64,000 nucleotides of DNA. Source: Nageia nagi. Its lineage: Eukaryota; Plantae; Pinophyta. The notes beneath the pieces were generated by a model, which saw only the letters and a program-made list of their open reading frames with translations, did not search any database and had not been told where the DNA came from. Shown piece after piece: positions 1 to 13,710 of this stretch. Location of the stretch: positions 15,562,001 to 15,626,000 of the forward strand of contig JBITNC010000002.1 in NCBI GenBank assembly GCA_050084985.1. Reading direction: 5' to 3'. Within the stretch, counting starts at the first letter, position 1. The number at the start of each line of letters is the position of its first letter. Made by a program: the position numbers and the translations under genes.

Positions 1-90
1 TAAGGTATCAAATGATACCCTTAAGTATTAGTGAACTTACGTAGAATACTATTACAAAACCTTTATAATAATCAATTATACATTCCAATA
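1..90 (-). mobile_element. Truncated LTR (5' TG end) of the same Ty1/copia family as 35366-52466; continues beyond the window
   Basis: taaggtatcaaatgatacccttaagtattagtgaa...cattccaata matches the terminal ~90 bp of the four LTRs at 35366, 37877, 46105 and 51967. No PPT follows, so it is a 5' or solo LTR. Confidence 0.85.
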
Positions 91-436
91 CAACAAAGAA
101 GGAATCACATAAAAATAGAGATCTAAAATGAAATTTCTAGCTCCCAAAAGTAAACTAATCCAAAATAAGGCAATTTGACATAATCATTAAAACATCAAAG
201 ACTATTGCTCAAAATGGGAAACAAACAAGTATCCATATAGAGAAAATGATCCCAAATAGAGAAATATCACCTTAGAATAGAGACATGACACTTATGAGAA
301 TATCTGCAAGTGTTTTCTCATTCATACAAGCTTTTTTAAAAGAGAAAACATGCCACATAACAACAAGGTATTATAGAGCAAATATGAATGCTTTATATTC
401 TAGAGCCAAAATTATAGTATAACATTAAATCAGAAG

Positions 437-453
437 CCCCCCCCCCCCCCCCC
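437..453. repeat. C17 homopolymer
   Basis: Directly visible run of 17 C. Confidence 0.95.
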
Positions 454-879
454 ATTTTTTTAGAATGGGAAATGAAGTCCCTATTTATACAAGTATGATG
501 TGGAGTTTTAAAAACCCCACAAGAACTGATGGATTACAAATCTGATCAAAGAAGTCAACAAAATGTAAAGAAGCACCCACAATGTTCAAAGAGAGGTATG
601 GGCATCCATGAAGGAGTACATAAGTACATTTGTCTCAATCAAGGGAATATATATTTGAGCATTTAGTATGCAACAACAATCATGCTATGTAATAAAGTTA
701 ATAGTTGTAATAGTAGGTAGATGATGAGTAGTTGTTGAAGGGAATTACATCCATTAGATGGAATTCAAAATATGAGACATTAAATTCCTTCACTTCCAAC
801 TATTTGGAAAAATATCTTTCAAGTGAAACTACTAGTTATGGATTAAAAAAACTATATCTATATCCCATTATAGGATCGA

Positions 880-3050
880 TTATGTTAGGAGTTGAGGTTG
901 TCACTACTTTACTATAGTTTCATAGTAGGAGTAATTCAATGAGTTTTATGGTTTATTTTTATTAGGATGAAGCATGAATCCATGGCATTGAATGTAGTTT
1001 AAAGAAATGGTTAAATTTTTATGTCAAAAGATAGGGATTCCATGAACCTATTATCCATAAACTAACATGAAAAGTAGTTTTTCATTCTTTAGTAGGTTGC
1101 ATATGAGTTGTTTGATGTGATATCAATTTGATGTTGCTCTATAAGACGTAACTTAGAATTAATGTAATGGAAAATTGGTTAGTAGGTGCAATATTAGCCT
1201 TGAACTATTCAACATAATTTTATGTATCTTTAACTTATTAAGGAATAGATTTGATTTCTTATTGGTAGTATATAAATAGTCAAGAGACTTACTGTAGAAT
1301 AGATAAAATAATAAGTACAAATGAAGTCCTTAATTAACATGATGTGCTTTATCATAAAGGCTTATTATTTAACTATGATCATTCTATCTAAAGGTTATTA
1401 TATGAAAATTTATTTTTCTTAAGTAAATTTTATGATATTTAGGATTATAAGATTATTGATAAGTACTAATTTAAATCTTGTAATGTTTTATTAATTATGC
1501 AGTTTTTGCATGACATGGTGAAATAGAATTATTTTCTTTGATGGAATTTATGTCTAAGGATTTGTAAATATTGCAAATACATCAATTTTATTTTGCATAG
1601 TGAATAAGTTAGGATTGGGGTATAACAACTACATAATCATCATGGAACATTTGCATTATATATTATATAGTTGCATCCTTTATATGTATTACAATCCTAT
1701 GGTTTGTTATAGTTGAGAAAAATATAGGTGAATCAATCATTAACACTTAAATATTGGGATTTTGTTATATGAATCATGTGTTTGTATGATAGGAATAATG
1801 GTCATGCAGTTCAATAGATTAGATATGCTTATATGAGTAATTATTTTTATTAGGTAAAACTAACCAATTAAGTTGGTGGTGAGATGACCTCATGTATTTT
1901 TGCATGGATTTTATGTGGAATATTTGCATATCATGTTGCATGAAGATGGAATCATCAAGATCTTGGGGGATAGGTGGTGAAGTGAAGATGATATGGGCCA
2001 TTGTCCCATGGTTGGGAGACTTTTTATTCAAGACAAACTATCTATGGCAAAGTTTAGGGGCTCAACATTAGAGCATATCCCTTAGGGTCCAAAATATTAC
2101 TTAAAATTAAAAATATTCCTTGGTATGATATGTGGATTGTACTTAAAATGATGATGTAGTACACCTATTTGATCTTGATTGAAGCTTTGTTTCCTTTCAA
2201 TACTAATCTTTTAAATGCTAAGCATCTCGCTGGGTGGAGATCAAGAATGAGGATGAAAATCCTTGATGGATATTCTCATATATTTAAGCATTTGGTTGTA
2301 TAAGTTCTCTTATATTTGAGCATTTAGTTGTATAGATTTAGTTGTTGAAATTTGTTATATGCTGTTATATTGTAAATAGGAATATATATGAACAAGGGTT
2401 AGAGTTATGAATATACAACTATAATTGGATTTATTTATGAAAGTATTTTTATGTATTGATATTCTTGGTACTTTTATGCACCATTTATATATGAATTATT
2501 ATTTAAATGCTTTTTTTTAAAATATTTATTATAAAGTATTGCTAGTTTGAAGGATTTTATACATCAAACTATGTTGATTGAATATAACTTGTAGTGTAGC
2601 TAATTTAGTAAAGAGATTTACTTCTAATACTTTAAGAAATTCAAATATTGGATCTATTATTGAATGTTCTTAGGATGAAAATCAAGTGATGATTCTTCAT
2701 TTTATGGAATTCATAGATAGTAATGTTGGGGATTCAAATCCTTATAGATGGAGACATGCATTGGATGTGGCTCTAATTTATAACATATGATGACTGCAAT
2801 ATATTACTAAATTTGCATAATATTGAATATAAAGTGAAAAATCAATTTTGAACATACCAAAAGAGATATCTTATGGAAGTGAAAGATTAATATAAAAAGG
2901 GAATGATCATATTGGGTATATAGTTGTCAATATTATTGGAATATTTATAAGTAATGTATTGCAATCTAAATTTTGTATTCTATCAAGTGACAATATTGAA
3001 ATTTAGGGATTTAAGTTTAATATACTCTTACTGTATAATAGGTCCTTGAT
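880..3050 (+). mobile_element. Possible highly degraded Ty1/copia pol remnant
   Basis: Weak resemblance to integrase (~1020) and to the RNase H start (GFxDSxxG-like, ~2700-2735). Many stops, no intact ORF. Confidence 0.3.
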
Positions 3051-3146
3051 GAAAGAAAATTGTAAATTTTTCTTTTGTTAAATATTGCTTTGAATTATAT
3101 TGTAAGAGGAAGAATCAAACAATAAAAACTCTTGACTATGACTTCA

Positions 3147-3151
<5 letters not shown>

Positions 3152-3204
<53 letters not shown>
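3152..3204. repeat. (TG)n microsatellite, about 26 units
   Basis: Directly visible. Confidence 0.97.
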
Positions 3205-3207
<3 letters not shown>

Positions 3208-3700
3208 AAGGAGTAAATTGTTGACATGGAGCTTTAGCTAAGAAATCTAATATTACTTAACCTTCAATTATTTTTTGATCTATTAAAATGAGATCACATT
3301 CTTACAATAACAATAACATTACTCATTTTTTAATCTCTACCTTGAAGTTGAGGCTTAGAGAGAATATACATGAGAGCATCAAATTGAGCAATTATAAAAG
3401 TTATGTTTGTTATCATGTAATGCCTTTAATATTTTACTGCATATACTATGGCATATTAAAGTTTCTCTATTGGAGTATACCTTATTTCATACTCTACTAA
3501 CATCTTGGAGATATAGTAGATTGTCCTTTCTTTCTTTTATTCACCTTTTTGAGCAATCATTTCCCCCAAGGCCTTCATTATGATTGATACATATAGCTAT
3601 AAATATCTAAAATAATCTACAAGAGATAAAATATGAGGACTAAGGAGATACATTTTTATATTATCAAATTCTTCTTGACATTTCTCATCCCAAACAAACT

Positions 3701-5099
3701 TACTATATTTTTTAAGCAAGTAAATATTTTGTCATACCATACATCAGAGAATGGCATTTTGACATCATGATGCAAGATGCATCACCATATACAATGTATG
3801 TATTGATCTATGTCCAACCATTTTTATAACATGTTGATTGGATCATTGATTGATGTATTAATTGATGTATTGGTTGAAATAATCATTACACCAAACAATG
3901 CATCAAGTCGAAAAAGAATAAAAAAGAGGCACGGATCATGCACATAAATCATGGCATGATTTTCTCTCAACCATTGATAACATTTCATTGATCAAAGGTC
4001 AATTTGGAATGGTGGGAATTTTTAAGTATGATGCCATTAATGATTGAATGAAGAAGCTTTCCCTCTATAAGGACATTATTAGTAATGCAAGTCTATAAGA
4101 GCTAAAGACATGTTGAAGAGCATAGAGAGTAGTGTATATTTGTATTTTATAGTAAGAAAAATATGCATTGTGTGCTTCATCCTCCCATATTAAAAGAGTT
4201 ATGTGAGAGTAATATTCATATCAATGTGGAGATTATCATTTTGGTAGGTAACTAATGAGATTGTATGATTGGCAATGCAGGCCTGCAAGAACTACTAAAG
4301 ACATGGCTTTTATCAATAGCCATTGACACTATTTCACCAAATATAATAAACAATAATATAGTCAAACTAAATCAATTCACCTTTCCCATTGTTCTAATAG
4401 CATGTACAAAATTGGAAAATTTACAATTAGGATTATAGATACATCAAAGACTCTTTAAAAGTGGATTTTTGTTGGATGTTATGGTTGTGGATACCTTAAT
4501 AGACATGTACACAAAATATAGAAGCATAGAGAAGGCATGTGAATTGTTTGACAAGATGCATGATGTAAATAATACATCTTAACATGGAATATTATAATTT
4601 CAAGTTACCAAAGATATAGCTTTCATTGATAAGCATTGACACTATTTCATCAAATGCAAAAAATAGCAGCATTAATCTAACTAGATTAATTCATCTTTCC
4701 CTTGTATCATACCAAACTAGATTATGTTAACATTATAAATGATGCACCACTTGATGCTTTATACATCTAGTAGAACATCTTTAATTGAAAAGTAACTAAA
4801 ATATAAATTTGATGAATATCAAGATGTTTATAATGCCAATTTTTTTATGCTCAAAATGTTGATACACGATGTAATGAAAGATGTTATACTTGATGCTTTA
4901 TGAAGAGTTTTTGATGTTTCCACATATGCATATTGATGCTTAAATAGATGTAAAATCATGTATATTGTGACACAAAAAATGACATTTTGTTTGATAGTAC
5001 CCTTAGCATCAATTTATATGTCATGAGTTTTACCATTTTTTTTAATAATATTGTTGGTTGATGCATGGTATGACATAGAATTGGTTAAGTGTAGTAGTG
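3701..5099. mobile_element. Degenerate CACTA-like non-autonomous element enclosing a PPR fragment
   Basis: Right end ...gtagtagtg (5099). Inverted match of gtcataccatacatca (3731) with tgatgcatggtatgac (5059-5074). Left end TACTAT resembles decayed CACTAC. GATGC/GCATC motifs cluster at both ends. No TSD recovered. Confidence 0.45.
4290..4720 (+). pseudogene. PLS-class PPR gene fragment
   Basis: Translates as NQFTFPIVLIACTKLENLQLGL*IHQRLFKSGFLLDVMVVDTLIDMYTKYRSIEKACELFDKMHD, i.e. L and S motifs with stops and frameshifts. Confidence 0.85.
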
Positions 5100-5139
5100 A
5101 AGAAGCATTATTATCATCAAATTAAATAATACACCTTCT

Positions 5140-6060
5140 TATGGATTACACTTTCCCTTGTAAGCTTTTTACCTCTTTCAATTTTCTTGGAGGAGGCACT
5201 TCTAAGATGGCCTTCATCTTTTTTTGATCCACTTCAATTCCTCTTCTTAAGACAATAAAGCCTAGAAAGTTACCATTTGAAACTCCAAATACATATTTTT
5301 GAGGCTTTATTTTAATCTTGTTTTTCCTCAACCTCTTAAATATTTTTCTTATATATTTAAGATAATCTTTCTTTTTTCTTTAACATTGCAAGTATGTCAT
5401 CTATATATACCTATAAAGAATGGTGTATAACATCAAGTAACATTATAAGCATGGTTTTTTGGTAGATTACCCCTGCATTTTTGAGAATAAATGGTTTTAA
5501 TATATAGAAAAAGGTACTCTATGGGGTTATGAAGATAGTCTTGTACTGATAATTAAGATTGATTTTGGTGTGATCATATCCTAAGAAACCATCTATGAAT
5601 GAGAGAATCTCATTCCCAACCATGTAAACTACAATCATATCAATATTAGGAAAAGGAAAGTTATCTTTAAGACATGCTTTATTGATGTATCTAAAGTTAG
5701 TACAACATCTTATCTCTCTATTTGGCTTCATGGTAGGAATAACATTTTACAAATATAAGATCAATAAAGCTTTCATTCAAGGTCCTTGTCAATATCTTTC
5801 TTAACCAAAAGAGAAATCTTGGGATGCATATTTCTTCTCTTCTACTAGACTATCTTAGCATATTTATGAAACAAAATATTGTGCATAAAAAGTTAGGATC
5901 AAGCCTATGCATATCCTCATTTGATCAAGCAAATATGTCTCTAAATTCTAATAAGAGATCTTTATATTTCTTCCTTTCTTTTCTAGTAAACCATGCATCA
6001 ATTTTAATTAATTTAGGATCCTTTTGTAAGTTAATATTGATATCTACTATCCTTTAATTT
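5140..6060 (-). mobile_element. Ty3/gypsy (Tat/Ogre-like) reverse transcriptase fragment
   Basis: ORFs 5519-5731 (NKACLKDNFPFPNIDMIV...LSFIDGFLGY) and 5146-5331 (VFGVSNGNFLGFIV...GIEVD...KAILEVPPP). Confidence 0.85.
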
Positions 6061-7437
6061 AGCATGATCATTACATTACTCAATTGAGGAGGAATTATCA
6101 ATGCCACCATCCTTGTCAAAATATTTGATCAACCATGCTATACAATCTTACACACATATCCTCCTTTTTTTAATTATCTAACCCTAATACTTCTACTAAT
6201 GAAAGATAAAAGTAGTATAGTGTAGTAGGGTCAAGAACTTACCATGTGTATTCATCTACCTCTTGAATATGATATTTTAGAAACTCAAATCTTGCTCCCA
6301 TGGTATCTGAAATTGTATCATCACATGAAATAGGATATGACTGAGAAGCTAGTTGGAAGGATAGATCCCATTATGCTAATCGAGTGTTACTATGATATCT
6401 AACACTATTGTTGTGTCTATGTTCAATACTAATTCACTTATTTGAATATCATGCATCTCTCTTGGTACTCTCTAGAGTATATTATATCTACACCATAACA
6501 TTACTCTTCTTTTGATTCTTCATTACTTATTTCTGACACTTTTGAACTTTGAACACTTAGATCCTTATCCTTACTTTTTGAACTTATTTATGTTAGTTAT
6601 ATTCTCTTGGAAATAATCCTTACTATGGATTATCCCAATTTTACCCTCATGTTGCATAAATTTTGGTAGATCTTTTGAGTTAATATCTTATTTCATTTGC
6701 GAAAAGTACACAACATAACTATATTTGATAATCAATCTGTTAATTCTAAGTTTTTACTTTCTAACAATTTAGCATTACATTTCATGATGCTTAGTTGTAT
6801 ATATGTGTTCAAGTTAATAAGGTTGTAATGGATTTAAATAACCTTTACAACTTGTTAGACTATTAGTGAAATATCGTATGTGTTATGAGTAGAATTACCA
6901 TGAGTAATCCAAGTCATGTTCACATTGGCATCCTTCATTATATATGAGAGTGTAGTCCTCAAACCACCATAGATCTCATCCACCTCTAGTTAAAAATATT
7001 GGGATGCAACAAGAGCAACACTAGACTAAAAATGGGCTTGAGAGGTAGATGATTCGAGGCAATTTTGGGATGGCAATTTTTAGCCATCCTTTTTCTATTT
7101 AGTAGTGATTTTTGTGTGATGATTTTAAACCACCCTCATAATCATAAAGTGGTAGTTCAAAACTATCCATCAAATTCAATTTTTAAAAAAAGCCTAAAAA
7201 TTATTAGGCATGCACCTAAAAAAATTCTCGACTCTTAACAACATACCCCTAAAACCCTTTTTATATTTCATTTTGAGTTTTTAAATAGGGAAGGAGAGGG
7301 AGGTCGTGAGGGTCTTATTAGTTGGGAGAGGTGTAAAGCCATACTCTACATACTTTTTCAATATTATTTCAACATATATTATCATGGAAGCTTTAGAAGA
7401 AGGTAGGGACACCCATCAAAGAGTAGTTGAAAATGGT

Positions 7438-8512
7438 GGGCTAGTGCAAGAAGATGAGTCCCACTTGAGGGGAAGTCTTGGGACTTAGTTTTGTTAGCAT
7501 GGGACCAAGATCCTAGGGGGTAGGATCTTGGTCCTTTGGGATCCCAATTTGGATTAGGATCCCCAAGCCTAACCAAGATCCCAAGGGATTGAGATCTTGC
7601 CCTCAATATCTCAATCCTAAAAGTATAAATGCATGAAATAACCCACAAGATATCGATCCTTAAATTCCAAATTTATACCTACCCTTTTGGCTTGGAGTTA
7701 GCTTTAGTGAGCTGAACCTTGGCTTTGGACCTACAAATTCAAGGTCATAATAATGGAAATGGACTTTACTGACTTTGGGCATGTGTTTGATGATGTTTTT
7801 CAAATATTTATTTTCAAAAAAATTTGTAGGATTGTAGATGAGAGAGTGCATATTTCAACTATACTATTTTTTTACAATTAGATTAGATTTTGTATTTTTA
7901 ATATAATTTTCAATGAAAGATGGTCCATAAACTTAAAAAAATATGGTTTCATATTTGTTTAATAACTTTTTTATTTTTTGGAATTATGAAAAAAAATATG
8001 TACATGTTCTACATACAATTCTTCAAAAGTTAAAAAATAAATAAAAAATGATAATTTTAGGTCAAATTATGCTTGATGGACATGATCAGCACTTTTCAAA
8101 ATGACAATCAAGGCCAATAAAAAATTTATTCATGAAAATATTACAAAAAAATATCATGCACAATCTTTAATGTCTTAGGTATCTTTAAGCAAAAGGATTT
8201 AACAAAATATTTTAATTTAGGTCCAATTATGCTTGATGGACACATTGGGGGTGTGGTCTTGAAATTATTATTTTTTAAACAGTGGGCTTTAAACATTCCT
8301 ATCAAAAATTTATTTTTATGATCTAGGTATTGGAATAAAGTACCTATTTTAAAACTAGACTTTGAGTACTACATTTTTACCCAAGTGGACTTTTTCAATA
8401 TTGGGACTCTAAGTGCTTCAAATTTTGAGATCAATTATGACCAAACCTAATAATCAAGGAAACCACTTCCACTTTTTGGCCAAAAGTGGGATTCATCTTC
8501 TTACACTTACCC
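7438..8512. mobile_element. Non-autonomous TIR DNA transposon, ~29-bp TIR, 4-bp TSD (TGGT/TAGT), Sola2-like termini
   Basis: Left end gggctagtgcaagaagatgagtcccactt; reverse complement of the right end gggtaagtgtaagaagatgaatcccactt. Removing the element plus 4 bp restores the PPR frame HQRVVENG-FSSNILVMSSLINMYAK. Confidence 0.8.
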
Positions 8513-9200
8513 TAGTTTTTCATCCAATATTTTGGTTATGAGTTCCTTGATAAACATGTATGCAAAATATCTAATGCAAATACATATTTTTGGGTTGCAA
8601 TGATTATTAGATATGCACAAAAATGGATTTTTTGAAAAAGGCTCTAGAAATTTTTAAGCAAATGTAATTCTCATACGTGAAGCCATACTATGCAACCTAT
8701 TTTGGTATTCTTCCAAAATGTACCAAAATGGGATCTCTATAATAAGGTATGGACATCCTAGTTGAAAATGAATTTTCATCAAATGTTATGGTTTTGAGTG
8801 CCCTGATAAACATGTATGAAAAATGTTGAATAATACAAAACTCTCAAGAATTGTTTAACAAGATGCAATATGCAAATATAGTTTCATAGAATGCATTGAT
8901 TGTGGGATATGCAATTCATAGTTATAGAAAGGATGACCTTAAATTATTTGTATCTAATGAAGCACTTGGGAACCAACCCTAATAATGTAACCTTTGTATG
9001 TATTCATTCCACTTGCATGCACCCATGCAATTTTAGTGGATGAGGGCTATAAATACTTTAATAGCATGAGGGACTCTTATTACATTATTTTTGGGATGAA
9101 TAATTATACATGCATTATATGACCTTCTTGAACTTGCAAGCTATGCTGCTACCTCCACCTTTGTTATGTTCCTCATTCAAACTCACCCAAAAACCATCAG

Positions 9201-9738
9201 TTCATTTTGTGAATGAATTTCTCTTCACTCTTTGTAATCAAAATCATATATTAATAGAGGTAGAAATATATGGCCATAAGACCAGCTCCACCTTCTTTTC
9301 TTTTTAAGGTAATAGTCTTTTGTTGCTCACATTTTCACAGTCATACAATCTTATCACTTGTCTACCAAAATGATATTCTCCACATTGATATAAATATCAC
9401 TCTTAGAAAACTATGTTGAGATAAACAATTGAAGTATGCAATGCTACCAACTTCATTAATATTGATTAAACATCATCTGAAATTCCTTCATTTTGTGAAA
9501 GAAATCCTGTTTACATCACATTCACTCTTTGCAATTTAAATCATGTATTAACAAAGGTAGAAATAGATAGCCATAAGACCACCTCCACCTCCTTGCTTTT
9601 AAAGTTCATTGTATTTTGTTGCTCGCATTTTTAGTTATACAATTTCATCACTTACCCTCCAAAATGATAATCTTCGCATTGATATGAATATCACTCTGAC
9701 ACAACTTTATTGAGATAGGTGATTGAAGCATGCAATGC
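9201..9738. repeat. Two-copy ~286-bp tandem duplication inside the PPR pseudogene
   Basis: 9201-9445 aligns with 9487-9738. Part of the unit is the reverse complement of 4163-4290. Confidence 0.8.
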
Positions 9739-11619
9739 ATATTTTACTTACTACAAATACAAATACAGACAAGTGATTGAAAGGGCACCCCAAAAATTGT
9801 TGACAAAATGCTTCATCATCAAAATGCAGTCTCTTGGAATGGAATGATCACATGATGCACACACATGAATTTTATGAAAAGGCTCATAATTTTGCATATG
9901 ATACATACATGTATTTTCTTGACATGTTTAATGACATGGTAAGTTGTGCTCTATCAAATCTTTGCATTTAAGTCCATTTAGCACCTCTTTTGTATTGGCT
10001 TCATATTAACTGTAGTGCATGGTCCTGGTAAGTTATGTTATGTCAAAGATTTACATTGTGTGTTGAGCAAAAACTATTATGGGTCTAACAAAAACTAACC
10101 CTAAAAAGTAGATACATTTTGTAGTTATAAATAAGGTAGGGAGCATATTCTTAGAGCTTAAGCATATTCTTGTTCACATGTTTACTATGATGCTTACTTT
10201 AGCCAAAGTTCTATTCAACATCTTATTTTTTATAAGACTTTTCATGTAAGATATTTGGTCTTTATGTTTATAGCTTCATTGTTATTTGGTGATTTGAGCT
10301 GCCTTTCATCACCTTTTGAGATTTTTTTTCAAGTAAAGGATTGTGTTAATTAAACTCCTATCAACAATTTCAAAAGTTCACATGTTTAAACCATACAATC
10401 AAAAGGAAAATAACAATAACAAAAGGGTCTAGAAAAAGTAAATTCTAGCATATTGTGAATTATGAACTATTCAACAATGCATAATATCATAGTTTTTGTT
10501 ATGCGTATTGAATTCATGATCATGCTTACCACTATGTATTTTGTATTTTTTTTTTTTGGGGATTATATTGTACCTTTTTCATAAATCAATATCTCCACCT
10601 ACATAATGTTAAATCTTGCAACCCTCTCCTTTCACTAATTCCATGGGATGTAATGATAAGTTTCTAATCCCTTTTTGATCTTTTGGTCTATTTGATATAT
10701 GACGCTTAGATAAATTTAGAGTATTTTGTTTAGAGCCTACATTTAAGTAGTGGTAAATCATCCTAAAGAGTGGAAACTTTGTTCTTCGTTATCAAGATGC
10801 TTATAAAACTTGAATTAGGTGTGTGCATGTGTCTTCTTGGTACATGTAGATCATATAAGAATGTAGGAATAGGGGAATTTATGGAAAAAAATCATATTTT
10901 TATTGGAGCCTAAATATGCTCCATATTATGTTCTTATTTCAAATATTTATATTGAAGTGGGCAATTGGGATGGTTTTGAAAGAGTAAGGACATTGATGAA
11001 AGATAGAGAATCAAGAAGAAACTTGGATGTAGTTGGATTGAAGTTGATAAAAGGGTACATGCTTTTTTTGTACTTTACTCTTTCCTTTATCATTTTGTAC
11101 AATCATTTTATTTGGAATCATTGTATTATCTTGTACCTATATTTGCATCAGTCATCTAGGTCCAAATTATATGTAGTATTTTTTTTTATAGGTTGATGAA
11201 AATTTTGCACTACGCATGGATATCCATACAAAGAATGTTTCAAGTGGAATTGGGCCATGTTTTGTATATTTAACTACTAAAAAGTATTATTTATATTTGA
11301 TTATTAGAATTCTTTAGTGATAGAAGTGAAAACTCTAGCCTATAAGGTTTTCAAAAATCTATTTCTTATGTAATTCATGTAAATTTGGTTTGCCTTCCAA
11401 GCACATAACATAAATATGTTTCTTATAGAAAAATTCATGGCATGTTTCCAAGTTATTATTACAAGGGACCTTATTATGAGGGATGCAAACTAATTTCATC
11501 ATTTCAAATATGGAGAATGTCATTTATTTTAATAAAAAAATATTTTTGTTGGGTTTAGTTAGACTATAGTAGTACTTATATTGTAAATTTCAACCATTTA
11601 CTAACTTTTTGTTGTTTAG

Positions 11620-11721
11620 ATATCAAATTTTGGTCTTGCTAAGCTCATGCCTTATGGAGATGAAGTGTATGTTAGTACTAAAGTTATCAATACCTTTGGC
11701 TACTTTAATCTGGCGTACACA
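11620..11721 (+). pseudogene. Isolated exon of a receptor-like cytoplasmic Ser/Thr kinase (subdomains VII-VIII)
   Basis: ttgtttag|ISNFGLAKLMPYGDEVYVSTKVINTFGYFNLAYT|gtatgt. Decayed DFGLAK...GTFGY motif with both splice sites and no neighbouring kinase exons. Confidence 0.8.
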
Positions 11722-12876
11722 GTATGTGTTCACTTTCATAAACCTTTTATTTCCTTATAAAAGTTAAATACTAATGCATCCTTGTTATTAGGGCTAGCTT
11801 AAGAAATATATGGTAGTCTAGATAAGATAATGGAGGGCAGTACATTTATTTCCCTCTATATATAAGCTTTAGGAATGGTGAAACTACTTGAAATTTTTAA
11901 AATCAAGTGAATCATGTAAGAAATGGATGTTACATAAAAAGAACTTGCTTTAATTTTATGGTACTTAGAAGTTGGATCTTGTATTTTAGTTTCAAACAAG
12001 ATAATTGTGTCAAGGATATTTTTTTATATTTAGGATTCTGTTATTCAAAAAAGAGTCATTATAATCTTGGTAGCGTTAGTTTTCTCTATTCACTACAACT
12101 AACAATTCAATCTTTGTATGGTTTGGGATCATCTCTACATTATCTAAATACTTGATATATATCTATATTTTTAATTTTTCAAAATTGATGTTATGGACCT
12201 TGTCCATAGTGAGACTTATTTTGTAAAAGAGTGTCTAGATTAGAATTTCAAGCTTTTATGGGTTTGAATGATATTGAATGTTTTTCTATTTTATATTGTA
12301 TTTACTTTCAAATTTTTATGTAAGAGGTTAGATCCTTTTATATTCATGTATATTCGACTTCCTTGACTTGTAGAGAAGTAGGAAGGATTTACAAAGTGTG
12401 GAACAATGGATTCTAAACATAAGGTAGCTTCTTTTTCTCATGGGCACGTTAAAAGGATATTCTAAGTATTCAAAATACTGTTTGTCATAAAATCTTATAT
12501 GAGGTTTATATGAGATAAACACCTTAAAAAAATATTTCAATTTAAATATTGTAGTATTAAGGAATTGAAATGAAGAAACATTTAGAAACCAATGTTTAAC
12601 AATCAAATCCAAAGCTTTCCCCAACAAAAGTGAAGGCCTATAAATTCTTGTCTTATTTATCCACTATTGGAAAATTTTCCTGATTTTATATTTGTTTAAT
12701 TCATTTCTGATGTGTTCACATCTCTTACTAGCAATTCATTTTTACCAAATTTATCTTTTAATACTAATTACATGTATTTTTTCTATTTTGTTATTTAATA
12801 TATAGATTGGAAAGCTAACCCTTTATTTCTTTAAATTTTATATCTTTTTTTTTTATATTTTGTTATTTAATATGTA

Positions 12877-13710
12877 GGTCTAGTGGGTAAGGGTTATATA
12901 TACTTTAATAGAATTAGTGACTCTTATTACATTATTTCTGGGATGAATTATTGTACATGCATTATTGGCCTCCTCATCTATGTAGGCTATCTCTAAGGTA
13001 GCTTTGAATTTCATTATCTTGATGCTCTTAAAACCTGACATAAGTGTGTGGATGTGTTTGCTTGGTGTTTGCATGCCACATAAGATTGTAGGAATAAGGG
13101 AATTTATGGTAATAACCTAGTACTTTGGTATGAAGAGATCAAATCAAATTTTAATTCTATTATGATCTCTCCTTTATCATTTTGTATATTCATTTTTTTT
13201 GGATTCATCTTATTATCTCGTGCTTATGTTTGTACATCAACCATCTGAGCCTAAATTTCATGTAGTAATTTATTTATATGTTGATTCATATTTTGCCCTA
13301 TCCATGGATAAAAAAACCAATAATTTTTTGGATGGAATCAAACCATGTTTTGTATATTTAACTACTAAAAATACCAAGAATTTTTTTGGTATAATTAATC
13401 AAAAAGCCTACAACCTTGTCAACATTCTTACAACATATCCCATTATGAAAGCTTTAGAAGAACGTATGTACATGCATCAAAGAGTAGTTGAAATTTTTTT
13501 TCATCAAATATTTGTATACCAACTTTTAATTATACTTTCTTATTTCCTTTATCATTTTATGCAATCATTTTGTTTGGAATTATTTTATTATCTTATGACA
13601 AATTCTATGTAGTAATTTCTTTATAGGTTTATGTAGATTTTGCAATGTCCATGGATAATTGATGTCATCATTTCAAGAATGTAGAATGTTATTGTGGAGA
13701 TTATTGTTGA
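12877..13710 (+). pseudogene. Second set of PLS-DYW PPR fragments
   Basis: 12877-13110 GLVGKGYIYFNRISDSY...KPDISVWMCLLGVC; an L motif at 13400-13495; HHFKNVECYCGDYC* (decayed DYW end) at ~13663-13710. Confidence 0.75.

Larger units (their letters stand above)
7325..11520 (+). pseudogene. Fragmented PLS-E/E+-DYW PPR pseudogene
   Basis: L motif at 7325-7437. P/L/S motifs at 8517-9140 (NIVS*NALIVGYAIH...VDEGYKYFNSMRDSY). E/E+ at 10790-11067 (YVLISNIYIEVGNW...GCSWIEVDKRVHAF). DYW tail at ~11450-11520 (RDLIMRDAN*FHHFKYGEC). Several insertions interrupt it. Confidence 0.85.
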
